Source of the DNA: Terriglobia bacterium
GTDB taxonomy: Bacteria > Acidobacteriota > Polarisedimenticolia > Polarisedimenticolales > JAIQFR01
DNA: 64,000 bases
NCBI GenBank assembly: GCA_963748015.1
Contig: CAVVHE010000009.1
Coordinates: 573,205 to 637,204, forward strand
Direction of reading: 5' to 3'
A program made the translations under genes and the position numbers. Positions within the stretch are counted from its first letter, which is position 1. The number at the start of each line of letters is the position of its first letter. The notes beneath the pieces were generated by a model. The model was not told where the DNA came from and searched no databases. It saw nothing but the letters and a program-made list of their open reading frames with translations. Below, in pieces: positions 30,164-40,903 of the stretch.

Positions 30164-31659
30164 GCGCTCTTCTCGAGCTGCGGGGGATCGTCAAGAGCTA
30201 CGGCGAGGTCCGGGCCCTCGACCGCGTGGACTTCAGTCTCGGCCGCGGGGAAGTTCACGCCCTCGTCGGCGAGAACGGCGCCGGCAAGTCCACGCTGATG
30301 AAGATCCTCGCCGGCGCGATCCCGAAAGACGCAGGCAGCGTGCTGCTCGACGGGGAGGAGGTCGCTCTCGACTCCCCGGCCGCCTCGCGGCGCCTCGGCA
30401 TCGGGATGATCCACCAGGACCTGAAACTCGTTCCCGAGATGACCGTCGCCGAGAACCTGCTCCTCGGCTCCGAGCCCCGGCTCGGCCGGACGCCGTTCCT
30501 CGACCGCCGCGCGATGGCGCGTGCCGCGCGAGAGGCCTTGGCGCAGCTCGGCGAGGACTTCGATCCTCGGGAGAAGGCGGGGCATCTCGGCATCGCGCGC
30601 CAGCAGATCGTCGAGATCGCGAGGGCGATCTCGCGCAGGGTGAGGATCCTGGCGCTCGACGAGCCGACGGCGCCCCTCACGGGGCCCGAGATCGCGCGGC
30701 TGTTCGAGGTCGTCCGGCGCCTCAAGTCGGAAGGGACGGGGGTCATCTACATCTCGCACCGGCTCGACGAGGTGTTCGAGATCGCCGACCGCGTGACCGT
30801 GCTGCGCGACGGCCTCACGGTCGCGACCGCGCCGGCCGCGGGGATCGACCGCGCGACGCTGGTGAGGTGGATGGTCGGGCGCGACGTCGCGGAGGGCGCG
30901 CGCGAGGCTCCCGGGGCCATCGGCGAGGAGATCCTGAGGCTCGAGGGGATCGGGGCCGGCTCGCTCGGTCCCGTGGACCTCGTGCTCCGCCGCGGGGAGA
31001 TCCTCGGTCTCGCGGGTCTCGTCGGCGCGGGACGGACGGAGCTGGCGCGGCTGATCTTCGGGGCCGACCGGCCGGAGCGGGGAAGGATGCTCCTCCTCGG
31101 GCGGGAGATCGCTCCCCGCTCGCCGAGGGAAGCGATCGACCTCGGGATCGCCCTCCTCACGGAGGACCGGAACCGTCTGGGGCTCGTATCGACGATGAGC
31201 GTCCGCGAGAACGTCACGCTCGCGGGACTGAGGGCGCTCGGCCGCGGGATCTTCACGAGCCGCGGGACGGAAGAAGCAGCGGCGCGGCGCCACGTGGAGC
31301 GGCTCCGCATCCGGACCCCTTCCCTCGACGCCGGGGTGGACCAGCTGAGCGGCGGGAACCGCCAGAAGGTGGTCCTGGCCCGCTGGCTCGAGACGCGGTC
31401 GAGAGTGCTGATCTTCGACGAGCCGACCGCCGGTGTCGACGTCGGTGCGAGGGCCGAGATCCTCGCGCTGATCCGCGAGCTGGCCGCGGGAGGCGCCGGG
31501 GTGATCGTGGTCTCGTCGGACCTGCCGGAGCTGCTCGGCCTGTGCGATCCGATCGTCGTCCTTTGCCGGGGGAGGGTCGCGGGGCGGCTCTCGGCCGCGG
31601 AGGCCACCCAGGAGCGGGTCATGACGCTCGCGACCGGCGGCGGGAGGGAGGCGGCGTGA
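30160..31659 (+). CDS. Sugar ABC transporter ATP-binding protein (RbsA-like, two ABC domains)
   Basis: [46 protein letters not shown] overlap. Confidence 0.93.
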   Translation: MSALLELRGIVKSYGEVRALDRVDFSLGRGEVHALVGENGAGKSTLMKILAGAIPKDAGSVLLDGEEVALDSPAASRRLGIGMIHQDLKLVPEMTVAENLLLGSEPRLGRTPFLDRRAMARAAREALAQLGEDFDPREKAGHLGIARQQIVEIARAISRRVRILALDEPTAPLTGPEIARLFEVVRRLKSEGTGVIYISHRLDEVFEIADRVTVLRDGLTVATAPAAGIDRATLVRWMVGRDVAEGAREAPGAIGEEILRLEGIGAGSLGPVDLVLRRGEILGLAGLVGAGRTELARLIFGADRPERGRMLLLGREIAPRSPREAIDLGIALLTEDRNRLGLVSTMSVRENVTLAGLRALGRGIFTSRGTEEAAARRHVERLRIRTPSLDAGVDQLSGGNRQKVVLARWLETRSRVLIFDEPTAGVDVGARAEILALIRELAAGGAGVIVVSSDLPELLGLCDPIVVLCRGRVAGRLSAAEATQERVMTLATGGGREAA

Positions 31660-32611
31660 GCGGGAGCGCCGGCGGAACGGGGTGGCGGCGGATCGCCGAG
31701 TTGGGGCTGGCCGCGGCCCTGGCGCTGGAGTGCCTCGCGTTCGCTCTCCTCTCGCCGCACTTCTTCACCGCCGAGAACCTCCTCAACGTTTCGCTCCAGG
31801 CCTCCATCACCGCGATCATCGCGGCCGGGATGACCTTCGTGATCCTGACGGGAGGGATCGACCTGTCGGTCGGGTCCGTGGTCGCGGTCGCGGGGATCGT
31901 CGCCACCTCGACGCTCAAGACCGGCCTCTCGCCGGCGGCGGGGATCGCGCTCGGGGTCCTGCTGGCCCTCGCCTTCGGGGCGCTCTCGGGGTCGATCGCC
32001 GGGCTGTTCGTCACCCGCTTCTCGGTCGCCCCCTTCATCGTGACCCTGGCGCTGATGACCGTCTGGCGCGGGACCGCGTTCGTCGCGACGCAGGGGCGCC
32101 CGGTCTGGGAGCTGCCGGAGAGCTTCGGCTACCTCGCGAGCGGCCGGCCCCTCGGGGTTCCTCTTCCGTCGCTCGTGATGCTCGGCGTCTACGCCGCCGC
32201 CCACGTGGCGCTCCTCCACACCCGTTTCGGCCGGTACGTGCTCGCGGTCGGCGGCAACGCCGAGGCCGCGCGGCTCGCCGGGATACGAACCGGGCGGATC
32301 GTCGCGGGGGTGTACGTGCTCTGCGGCGTGCTCTCGGCGGCGAGCGGCGTGCTGCTCGCGTCGCGGATGAACTCGGGGCAGCCGAACGCGGGGCTGATGT
32401 ACGAGCTGGACGTGATCGCCGCGGTCGTCGTGGGGGGACGAGCCTCTCCGGCGGGCGCGGCTCGATCGCGGGGACCTTCCTCGGCGCGATGCTGATCGCC
32501 GTGCTGAGGAACGGGCTGAACCTCCTCAACGTGAACTCCTATGTCCAGCAGGTGGTCGTCGGCGCCGTGATCCTGCTCGCGGTGCTGGCGGACACGGCGA
32601 GAAAAAAATGA
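31656..32611 (+). CDS. Sugar ABC permease (RbsC-like); one-base frameshift in the G-run at 32432-32437
   Basis: [50 protein letters not shown] / [10 protein letters not shown] in the next frame. Confidence 0.9.
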
Positions 32612-35600
32612 GGTGGCGCATGTCGATCCGAGGGGCGTTGGCGATCCTCCTGCTCGCGGCCACGCCGGCCGTGGGCGCGACCGCGGTGGACGGGCTGGCG
32701 GACAGGCTCGACGCCGCGACGCGGCTCTCGTTCGACGACTGGAAGGCGAGCCCCGACCTCAAGACGGGGAGATTCGAGGGGGACGCGCCGGCGAAACCGG
32801 ACTTCGACGACTCGCGCTGGGACAACCTGAAGTTCAAGGAGAAGATCTACCCCGACTCGTGCTGGCTCCGGAAGACGATCGTCCTCCCCGAGACTTACCT
32901 GGGCCAGAAGGTCGCCGGCCGGGCGCGCATCCTCGTCACCGTGGACGACGCCGGGACCCTGTTCGTGAACGGCGAGAGCCGCGGGTACTTCGGGTGGGAC
33001 GGGACCTTCGATCTCACTCCCGACGCGAAGCCGGGCGAGCGCTTCACGATCGCGATCAAGGCGGTCAACACGGGGGGGCCGCTCCGGATCTTCCGGGCGG
33101 ACGTCGAGCTCCTAGCGGCGAAGGAGATCCGGCAAAAGGTGGAGGGGTTCGCCCTCTCCCTCCGCGTGGGGCAGAAGCTGCTCGGCTTCGACACCTACCA
33201 GACCAGCTCGAACAACAAGGTGGACCCGAAGTCCGACGCCTCGACGGTCTCCCGCGACGACAAGATCCGCCTCGGCGCGCTCCTCGAGGAGATCGCCGGG
33301 GGCGTGGACGTCTCGGCGCTCGAGCAGGGGCGCGTGGAGCCGTTCCTCGCGTCCGTGGAGAGGGCGCGCGCGGCGCTCCGCCCGATCGGAGAGTTCGCGA
33401 AGCGCTACACGCTCTTCTTCGATGCGAACGCGCACATCGACGCCGCGTGGCTCTGGCGCGAGCGCGAGACGGTCGCGGTCGCGAAGAACACCTTCTCGTC
33501 GGTCCTCAACATGTTCGACGCCCGCCCGGGCTTCACCTACACCCAGAGCTCCGCGGCCTACTACGACTGGATGGAGCGCCTCTACCCCGACCTCTTCCGC
33601 CGCATCCGCGAGAAGGCGCGCGAGGGGCGGTGGGAGGTGGTGGGAGGGATGTGGGTCGAGCCCGACTGCAACCTCCCGTCGGGCGACTCCTGGGCGCGCC
33701 ACCTGCTCTACGGCAAGCGCTACTTCCGCGAGAAACTCGGCGTCGACGTCAAGATCGGGTGGAACCCCGACTCGTTCGGCTACAACTGGAACATGCCGCA
33801 GCTCTACCGGCAGGCGGGGATCGACGCGTTCATCACGCAGAAGATCGGCTGGAACGCGGTGAACGTGTTTCCCCACCGCGTCTTCTGGTGGGAAGGCCCC
33901 GACGGCTCGCGAGTCCTGAGCTACTTCCCGTTCGACTACGTGAACACCGTGGACGATCCCTTCCGCCTCGTGGACTGGGTCCGGCAATTCGACGCGAACA
34001 CCGGGTTCCGCAAGATGATGGTGCTGTTCGGCGTGGGCGACCACGGCGGCGGCCCCTCCCTCGAGATGCTCGACCGCGTGGACCGCCTCCGCTCGCTCGA
34101 CGTCTACCCGGCGATCGAGTACGGCACCGCGACGCAGTACGTGGCCTGGCTGCGCGGGCAGGACCTCGCGAAGCTCCCCGTCTGGAAGGACGAGCTGTAC
34201 CTCGAGTACCACGAGGGGACGTTCACGACGCAGGCGAAGACGAAGGAGTGGAACCGCCGGAGCGAGACCGCGCTGACGGACGCCGAGAAGCTCTCGACCC
34301 TCGCCACGCTCGTGGGTCGGCGGTACGACGGGGCCGCGCTGCAGGAGGCCTGGAAGCACGTCATGTTCAACCAGTTCCACGACATCCTCCCCGGGTCCTC
34401 GATCCGGGAGGTCTACGTGGACGCCCCCGAGCGGTACCGCGCGGCCGAGGAGATCACGAGGCACGAGAGCTCAGGGGCGCTCAGGAAGATCGCCGACGCC
34501 GCGGACACGTCGAAGGTCGAGGGCACGCCGGTCATCGTCTTCAACTCGCTCGGTTGGGAGCGGAAGGACGCGGTCCGGGTGGAGCTGCCACCGGGCGAGG
34601 ACGGGGAGGTCGCGGTGTTCGACGCGCGCGGGCGCGAGGTGCCGGCACAGGTTCTCCCCGCGGGGCGCTACGCGAGGGAGGTCCTGTTCGTCGCCGACGC
34701 GATCCCGCCGCTCGGCTACGCGGTGTACGACCTCCGCCGCCGCAAACCGGCTGCGAATCCGTCCCTCACCGCCGCCGGGTCGAGGATCGAGAACGAGTTC
34801 CTCGCGGTCGAGCTCGATCCCGCCTCCGGCTGGGTCAAGAGCATCGTGGACAAGCGGAGCGGGAAGGAGGCGCTCGCCGGCCCCGGGAACGAGCTGCAGC
34901 TCCTCGAGGACCGGCCGGCGGCGTGGGACGCCTGGAACATCGGGCTGACGGGCACGCGCTACCCGTCGACGCTGCGCTCCGTGGAGGTGGTCGAGCGGGG
35001 GCCCGCTCGCGTGGTGCTTCGCGCGACGCGCGACTACCTGAAGCCCGGGGTCAAGAAGGAGTTCCCGACCGAGGACTTCCCGTCCAGTTTCTTCACGCAG
35101 GACATGGTGCTCCACGCGGGGATCGACCGGGTGGACTTCATCACGGGTGTCGACTGGTGGGAGGAGAAGACGATGCTGAAGGTCGCCTTCCCCGTGACGG
35201 TCGCCGATCCGTTCGCGAGCTACGAGATCCCCTTCGGCTCGATCGCCCGCCCGACGGGGGAGCGCGACAGCTGGGAGAAGGCGAAGCGCGAAGTGCCGGC
35301 GCAGCGGTGGGCCGACCTGTCGCAGGACGACTTCGGCGTGAGTCTCCTGACGCGGGCCAAGTACGGGTTCGACATCAAGGGCTCGACGATGCGGCTGTCC
35401 CTCCTCCGGTCGCCGGTCTGGCCCGACCCGACCGCCGATCGCGGCAAGCACACGATCGAGTACGCGCTCTATCCCCACGCCGGGCGCTGGCGGAGCGCTT
35501 CGACGGTGCGGCGCGGGGCCGAGTACGGCACGCCGCTCCTGGCGATGGTGACCGGCCGGCACCGCGGCTCGGAGCCGTCCGAGAAGTCGTTCGTGGCGCT

Positions 35601-35844
35601 CGGCCCCGAACGCTACGTGCTTTCCTCCATCAAGCGCGCCGAGGACTCCGAGGCCTGGGTGGTGCGCTGGTACGAGTCGAAGGGGGAGAAGGGCGAGGCC
35701 GAGCTCTCGCTCCCCTTCGCCCCGTCGAAGGTCGTGCGGTCGAACTTCCTCGAGGAGGACGGCGAGGCGCTCCCGGTCGCGGGGCGCATGGTGAAGGTCG
35801 CGACGCCGCCCAACGGCGTGGTCACCCTCAAGGTGTTTCCTTGA
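32608..35844 (+). CDS. Secreted GH38 alpha-mannosidase
   Basis: Signal peptide; [50 protein letters not shown]. Confidence 0.93.
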   Translation: MRWRMSIRGALAILLLAATPAVGATAVDGLADRLDAATRLSFDDWKASPDLKTGRFEGDAPAKPDFDDSRWDNLKFKEKIYPDSCWLRKTIVLPETYLGQKVAGRARILVTVDDAGTLFVNGESRGYFGWDGTFDLTPDAKPGERFTIAIKAVNTGGPLRIFRADVELLAAKEIRQKVEGFALSLRVGQKLLGFDTYQTSSNNKVDPKSDASTVSRDDKIRLGALLEEIAGGVDVSALEQGRVEPFLASVERARAALRPIGEFAKRYTLFFDANAHIDAAWLWRERETVAVAKNTFSSVLNMFDARPGFTYTQSSAAYYDWMERLYPDLFRRIREKAREGRWEVVGGMWVEPDCNLPSGDSWARHLLYGKRYFREKLGVDVKIGWNPDSFGYNWNMPQLYRQAGIDAFITQKIGWNAVNVFPHRVFWWEGPDGSRVLSYFPFDYVNTVDDPFRLVDWVRQFDANTGFRKMMVLFGVGDHGGGPSLEMLDRVDRLRSLDVYPAIEYGTATQYVAWLRGQDLAKLPVWKDELYLEYHEGTFTTQAKTKEWNRRSETALTDAEKLSTLATLVGRRYDGAALQEAWKHVMFNQFHDILPGSSIREVYVDAPERYRAAEEITRHESSGALRKIADAADTSKVEGTPVIVFNSLGWERKDAVRVELPPGEDGEVAVFDARGREVPAQVLPAGRYAREVLFVADAIPPLGYAVYDLRRRKPAANPSLTAAGSRIENEFLAVELDPASGWVKSIVDKRSGKEALAGPGNELQLLEDRPAAWDAWNIGLTGTRYPSTLRSVEVVERGPARVVLRATRDYLKPGVKKEFPTEDFPSSFFTQDMVLHAGIDRVDFITGVDWWEEKTMLKVAFPVTVADPFASYEIPFGSIARPTGERDSWEKAKREVPAQRWADLSQDDFGVSLLTRAKYGFDIKGSTMRLSLLRSPVWPDPTADRGKHTIEYALYPHAGRWRSASTVRRGAEYGTPLLAMVTGRHRGSEPSEKSFVALGPERYVLSSIKRAEDSEAWVVRWYESKGEKGEAELSLPFAPSKVVRSNFLEEDGEALPVAGRMVKVATPPNGVVTLKVFP

Positions 35845-37550
35845 GTGCGGCGGGCCGTCCCGAGGGCGCCGAGCTGGTCCGGGAGCTGCGGGCGATCCGC
35901 GCGGCGACGGGCCGCGCGGCGGCGTCGCGCAAGCAGGCGCTGCTTCGCGCCCTCGACGCGACGCCCATCGGCGACCCGGAGGACCTGCTCGGCCTTCACG
36001 AGTCGGCGCTCTTCCTCCGCGCGTACCCCGACTCTCCCGCCATACTCCGCGCCGCGGAGGCGGCCCTGCGGACGATCCCCGGGCGCGTCCGGCGCCTCGA
36101 GCGCCGAAACGGAGAGCTGCCGGATGCCCTGGACGCGTCCGGGATCGCGGGGACGACCGTCGGCTGCGCCTTCTCGCTTCCCGTGGTGCATTGGCTCTCG
36201 TCCCGTTTCCGGCGCTCCGTTCGCGTCGAGGGACTCGAGGAGGCCGAGGACCGGCTGGGCGAGGCCCTTCCCTCGGTGCTCCTCCCCGCCGAGGGGGAGG
36301 CGCTGGCCGACGGGTACGTCCGTCCCCGCGAGTGGTTGAAGCGCACGGCCGCCGGCGCGGGTTCCGGCGCGCCGCCGCGGCTCGCCGCGATCTTCGACGG
36401 CACGGAATCGCCCGAGCGGGCCGCCCTCTGGGCCGCGATGGACCTCACCGTCGGCTGGGATCTCGGCGACGGCCCCGGGTCGCGCTCGCTCGCCCGCTCG
36501 CCTGAGGGGAAAACGGCGTTTCGGGGCCAGGCCCGGAGCCGCGCGCGCCCCGACCTTCTCGGAGAGTTGAGGAAGGGTGGCTTCCCGGTCACGCGAGCGA
36601 CGCGAGCCGAGGCGCGGCGATGGATCGACGCCGCGATGGCGGCGGTCACCGCGCGCTTCCGGGAGATGCACACCTTCGCCCACGCGAGCGAGCGGGACGT
36701 GTGGGTGGCGGAGGCGGGCTCCGGGGTGCGCATCGCGCTGTTCGGCGTCCATCCCGAAGCGCGGCACGCGCTCCGGGCGTTCTTCGGATACCTGATCGCG
36801 CGCAACGGCGTGCCGGTCGGGTACGGCGATGCGGTGATGCTGTTCGACTGGGGCGAGCTGAACTTCCACGTGTTCGAGACCTTCCGCCAGGCGGACTCGG
36901 CCCGGCTCTACGCGACGATGGTGCGGCTACTGCGGCACCGGTTCGGCATCCGCTACCTCCACCTGAACCCCTACCAGTTCGGGCGCCGGAACGACGAGGC
37001 GATACGGACCGGGGCATTCTGGTTCTACGAGAAGCTCGGCTTCCGCCCCCTCGAGCCGTCCCTGCTGCGCGCGTGGCGGGCCGAGCGGAAGCGTCTGGCA
37101 AGCGACCCGACCTACCGGACACCCCACGCGACGCTGCGCCGTCTCGCCACGGCGCCGATGGGGCTGGCGCTCGAAGAGCGATCGGGCGCGCTCATGCGCC
37201 GCTACCGGGGATTCCATCCGGTGAGCCTGGCGCTCGAGGTCTCGAGGCGGATCGAGAGCCGCCACGGCGGCGATCGCTTCGCGGCCTCGGGGGCGTTCCT
37301 CGACCGCGTCCTCGAGGTCCTCGGCGTTTCGTGGACTCTGGAAGAGCTGCGGGCGCTAGGTCGGATCGCGCCCTTCCTCGATCTCGTCCCGGATCTCGAA
37401 TCGTGGAGCGCCCCGCGGCGGCGGTCGCTCGCCGCGCTCATCCGCGCGAAGGCCGGGGAGAGCGAGCTCGACTACCTCCGCGCCACGCAAGACCACCACG
37501 CGCTCCGCGATGCGCTCACGATGCCGATGGAACGCGCCCCGCGCCGGTAG
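35841..37550 (+). CDS. Hypothetical protein with a C-terminal GNAT-like motif
   Basis: TTGA overlap with GH38; open ~569 aa; PYQFGRRNDEAIRTGAFWFYEKLGFRP. Confidence 0.7.
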   Translation: MSAAGRPEGAELVRELRAIRAATGRAAASRKQALLRALDATPIGDPEDLLGLHESALFLRAYPDSPAILRAAEAALRTIPGRVRRLERRNGELPDALDASGIAGTTVGCAFSLPVVHWLSSRFRRSVRVEGLEEAEDRLGEALPSVLLPAEGEALADGYVRPREWLKRTAAGAGSGAPPRLAAIFDGTESPERAALWAAMDLTVGWDLGDGPGSRSLARSPEGKTAFRGQARSRARPDLLGELRKGGFPVTRATRAEARRWIDAAMAAVTARFREMHTFAHASERDVWVAEAGSGVRIALFGVHPEARHALRAFFGYLIARNGVPVGYGDAVMLFDWGELNFHVFETFRQADSARLYATMVRLLRHRFGIRYLHLNPYQFGRRNDEAIRTGAFWFYEKLGFRPLEPSLLRAWRAERKRLASDPTYRTPHATLRRLATAPMGLALEERSGALMRRYRGFHPVSLALEVSRRIESRHGGDRFAASGAFLDRVLEVLGVSWTLEELRALGRIAPFLDLVPDLESWSAPRRRSLAALIRAKAGESELDYLRATQDHHALRDALTMPMERAPRR

Positions 37551-37571
37551 GATTTCGAAACGGAGGCTCGA

Positions 37572-37880
37572 ATGCACGTCACGCTGGTGCACGTTCACGT
37601 CAAGGCCGAACGCGTCGCGGAGTTCGTCGAGGCGACTCGCGCGAACCACCTCGGGTCGGTGGAGGAGCCGGGGAACCTCCGGTTCGACGTGCTCCAGTCC
37701 GAGCAGGACCCGGCCCGCTTCGTCCTCTACGAGATCTACCGGACCGGCGAGGACGCCGCGGCCCACAAGAAGACGGCGCACTACCTCGCCTGGCGCGACG
37801 CGGTGCAGGACTGGATGGCGTCGCCGCGGCGCGGGGAAAACTACGCCGTGATCGCGCCGGAGGACCCGCGGCGGTGGTGA
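37572..37880 (+). CDS. ABM-family (LsrG-like) small enzyme
   Basis: EPGNLRFDVLQ...FVLYEIY...AAHKKTAHYLAWRD; GGAGG RBS. Confidence 0.88.
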   Translation: MHVTLVHVHVKAERVAEFVEATRANHLGSVEEPGNLRFDVLQSEQDPARFVLYEIYRTGEDAAAHKKTAHYLAWRDAVQDWMASPRRGENYAVIAPEDPRRW

Positions 37881-39061
37881 TCGCCCCCTTCGAGGTCTCG
37901 CGGCTGCCGGCCATCGCGTTCGGCGAGGGACAACTTTCGCGAGTCCCCGGGATCCTGTCGGGATACGGGCGCCGCGTGCTGGTCGTGAGGGGCGCTCGAT
38001 CGCTGTACCGGTCGCCCCACTGGGGCCGCCTCGCGGACGGTCTCGCGGCGCAGGGCATCGCATGGGAAGAGCTTGCGGTCGAGGGGGAGCCGTCACCCGG
38101 GCTCGTGGACGGCGCGGTTGCCCGCTTCCGCCCGTCGCATCCCGAGGCCGTGCTCGGCATCGGGGGCGGGAGCGTTCTCGACGCGGCCAAGGCGATCGCC
38201 GGCCTGCTGCCGGGCGGCTGCTCGGTGATGGACCATCTCGAGGGAGCGGGGCGAGGCGTGCCTTATACCGGCCCGTCGCTCCCGTTCGTCGCGGTCCCGA
38301 CCACCGCCGGGACGGGAACCGAGGCGACGAAGAACTCGGTCCTCAGCGTGCGCGGCGAGCGGGGGTTCAAGCGGTCGTTCCGCCACGACGAGCTGGTCGC
38401 GCGCTGGGCGGTGGTGGACCCTCTCCTCCTCGAGAGCTGCCCGAAGAGCCTGATCGCCGCCGACGGCATGGACGCTCTGACCCAGCTTCTCGAGGGGTAC
38501 GTGTCGAGCCGCGCGAACCCCGTCACCGACGCGCTCGCGGAGAGCGGGCTCGCAGCGGTCCGCGACGGGCTCCTCCCGTGGCACGAGGACAGCGGCGACC
38601 CCCGCGAGGCGCGCTCGCAAATGGCGTACGCCGCGCTGCTTTCGGGAGTCGTCCTGGCGCAGGCAGGACTCGGCTCGGTGCACGGCGTGGCGTCGCCGCT
38701 CGGCGCGCTGTTCCCTGTGCCGCACGGCGTCGTCTGCGGGACGCTCGTTGCCGCGGCGGTGGAGGTCAACGTCGAGGCGATGCGCTCGCGCGACCCGCGG
38801 AACCCGGCGCTCGGGAAGTACGCGCGGGCCCGCGCGATCCTGTCGGGCCCGGCATCGAGCGCGAAGGATGGCGCCGAGGCGCTCGTGGAGCTGCTCGCCG
38901 GATGGACCGAGCGCCTGGCGCTTCCCCGCCTCGGCGACTTCGGCGTTCGCGAGGCCGGCCTCCCGCGAATCGTCGCGGACAGCCGCGGCGGCAGCATGAA
39001 GACCAACCCGATCGCGCTCTCCGATGACGAGGTCGCCGAGGTCGTCCGCCGCAGGCTCTGA
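37877..39061 (+). CDS. Iron-containing alcohol dehydrogenase
   Basis: GIGGGSVLDAAKA, VPTTAGTGTEAT, DALTQLLE, GSVHG, VPHG. Confidence 0.92.
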   Translation: MIAPFEVSRLPAIAFGEGQLSRVPGILSGYGRRVLVVRGARSLYRSPHWGRLADGLAAQGIAWEELAVEGEPSPGLVDGAVARFRPSHPEAVLGIGGGSVLDAAKAIAGLLPGGCSVMDHLEGAGRGVPYTGPSLPFVAVPTTAGTGTEATKNSVLSVRGERGFKRSFRHDELVARWAVVDPLLLESCPKSLIAADGMDALTQLLEGYVSSRANPVTDALAESGLAAVRDGLLPWHEDSGDPREARSQMAYAALLSGVVLAQAGLGSVHGVASPLGALFPVPHGVVCGTLVAAAVEVNVEAMRSRDPRNPALGKYARARAILSGPASSAKDGAEALVELLAGWTERLALPRLGDFGVREAGLPRIVADSRGGSMKTNPIALSDDEVAEVVRRRL

Positions 39062-39124
39062 CCCGCCGCAACGTGATCGGGCGCGCTCTTGACTTCCGCC
39101 GGCGGTGCCCCCAACCTCCGGGAG

Positions 39125-40693
39125 ATGCCAGGACTCGGACGGCCGCGCGCGGCCAGCGGAACCGGGGAGGAGCGGCGCATTTTCCCGGCGGCGGAGCTCG
39201 CCGTCGCTCCGCTCCTCGCGATCGCGCTCGGCCTTCTCGTGGTGGAGGTCGTCCTCAACGGTTTCCGCGGGTACGGTTACTTCACCGACGAGCTCTACTA
39301 CATCGCGTGCTCGAAGCGCCTCGCCTTCGGGTACGTGGATCATCCTCCCGCGGCCGTGTTCTTTCTTCGCGGCATCCGGGCGATCCTCGGAGACTCCTTG
39401 CCCGCCATCCGGCTTCCCGCGGCGCTCGCGGGGGCGGCCACGGCGTTCCTCGCGGGGGACATCGCGCGCCGAATCGGCGGGGGGCGCCTTGCCCAGATCC
39501 TGGCGGCCGTCTCGACCGCGGTGGCCCCGGGTCCCATGATCCTCTTCGGGTTCTACTCGACCAACGCGTTCGAGATCCTCGCCTGGACGCTCTCCGCGGA
39601 TCTCGCGGTCGCGATTCTCGCCGGAGCGGACCCGAGGCTCTGGCTCGCTGTGGGAGCGGTCGCGGGGCTCGGGCTCGAGAACAAGCACACCATGGTGCTG
39701 TTCGGGGGGGCGCTGGCGATCGCCCTCGTCGCGACCTCCGCCAGGAAGCTCCTGCGCGGCCCGTGGCCCTGGCTGGGACTGCTCGTGGCACTTCTCCTCT
39801 TCGCGCCGAATCTCGCCTGGCAGGCGCGGCACGACTGGGTCTCGCCGGAGTTCTACAGGATCGCCAACGCCGCCAAGAACGTTCCGACCTCGTCGCTCGG
39901 CGCGGCGTTCGACCAGGTCCTGTTCATGAACCCGGTCTTGGCACCTCTCTGGCTGGCGGGACTATGGTTCTACCTGCTCGGGCGCGCGGGAAACCGGTGG
40001 CGCGCCATCGGCGTGACCTTCTCCGCGCTCTTCGCCCTGCTCCTCCTCGTGCCCACCAGCAGGCCGGACCGGATCGCGGGAGCCTACCCGATGCTCTTTG
40101 CGGCAGGTGCCGTGGTCCTCGCGCGGCCGCGTCTCCGCGTGGCGCGCATCGCCTTTCTCGGGCTCCTCGGCGTCTCGACGGCCGTCCTGGCTCCGCTCGC
40201 GCTGCCGCTCCTCGAGCCGGCCTCGATGGCGAAGTATGCCGAGGCGCTCCACATCAACCCGCAGATCGAGATCCAGAGGAAGAGCCGCGTGCCGCAGTGG
40301 GCCGCCGACAGCCTCGGCTGGCCGGAGCTCGCCGCCGCGATCGAGGGCGTCCGCGCGCGGCTGACGCAAGGGGAGCGCGAGAAGGCCGCCTTCCTCGCCG
40401 GGGACTACGGGTTCGCGGGGGCGGTGGAGCGCTTCGGAGCGCCCGGCGGGTTCGCCCGCGTGATCGGGACCCACAACCAGTACTTCCTCTGGGGCCCCGG
40501 CGATCCTCCGCCGGAAGTCGTCGTGGCGTTCGGCGTCCCGCGCGCCGAGCTCGACCGTCTCTTCGCGGACGTCGAGGAGGCCGCGGTCTTCCGCTACGAG
40601 TTCTGCTATCAGGACGGCAAGCCGATCTTCGTCGCCCGTCAACCCAGGATCCCGCTCTCCGCCGCCTGGCCGAGCCTGAAGCACTTCGAGTAA
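39125..40693 (+). CDS. ArnT/PMT-like (GT39/GT83) membrane glycosyltransferase
   Basis: GYFTDELYYIAC..LAFGYVDHPP, GLENKHT, PNLAWQ; start uncertain (39089 or 39125). Confidence 0.85.
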   Translation: MPGLGRPRAASGTGEERRIFPAAELAVAPLLAIALGLLVVEVVLNGFRGYGYFTDELYYIACSKRLAFGYVDHPPAAVFFLRGIRAILGDSLPAIRLPAALAGAATAFLAGDIARRIGGGRLAQILAAVSTAVAPGPMILFGFYSTNAFEILAWTLSADLAVAILAGADPRLWLAVGAVAGLGLENKHTMVLFGGALAIALVATSARKLLRGPWPWLGLLVALLLFAPNLAWQARHDWVSPEFYRIANAAKNVPTSSLGAAFDQVLFMNPVLAPLWLAGLWFYLLGRAGNRWRAIGVTFSALFALLLLVPTSRPDRIAGAYPMLFAAGAVVLARPRLRVARIAFLGLLGVSTAVLAPLALPLLEPASMAKYAEALHINPQIEIQRKSRVPQWAADSLGWPELAAAIEGVRARLTQGEREKAAFLAGDYGFAGAVERFGAPGGFARVIGTHNQYFLWGPGDPPPEVVVAFGVPRAELDRLFADVEEAAVFRYEFCYQDGKPIFVARQPRIPLSAAWPSLKHFE

Positions 40694-40706
40694 CAGGCGT
40701 GTCCGG

Positions 40707-40887
40707 CCGGCGCGAGCCGGAAGATCGTGCCCGACCGTGACCCCCGCGGCACGCGGCGGCGTTGCGCGGCGAAAGTCGCCGCGCCGCCTGGCTCCGGTTT
40801 TCGCACGGCCGTCGAGGGAAGAGACGGCCGTGCGAAAACAGGGCCGCGGAGGGTCACGGTCGGGCACGATCTTCCGGCTCGCGCCGG
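40707..40887. repeat. Multi-hairpin element between convergent genes (37-bp perfect terminal inverted repeat)
   Basis: 40707-40743 / 40851-40887; inner hairpins GCGCGGCGA-AAG-TCGCCGCGC and GTTTTCGCACGGCCGTC...GACGGCCGTGCGAAAAC. Confidence 0.9.
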
Positions 40888-40903
40888 TGTCGTCCTCGGC
40901 CCT

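Noticed and set aside
32432..32437. Phase variation at the G-run in the ABC permease, and the single frameshifts at ~48497, ~56730 and ~63405
   Set aside because: The run is only 6 nt and the genes are otherwise intact; sequencing indels are the simpler explanation without read data.
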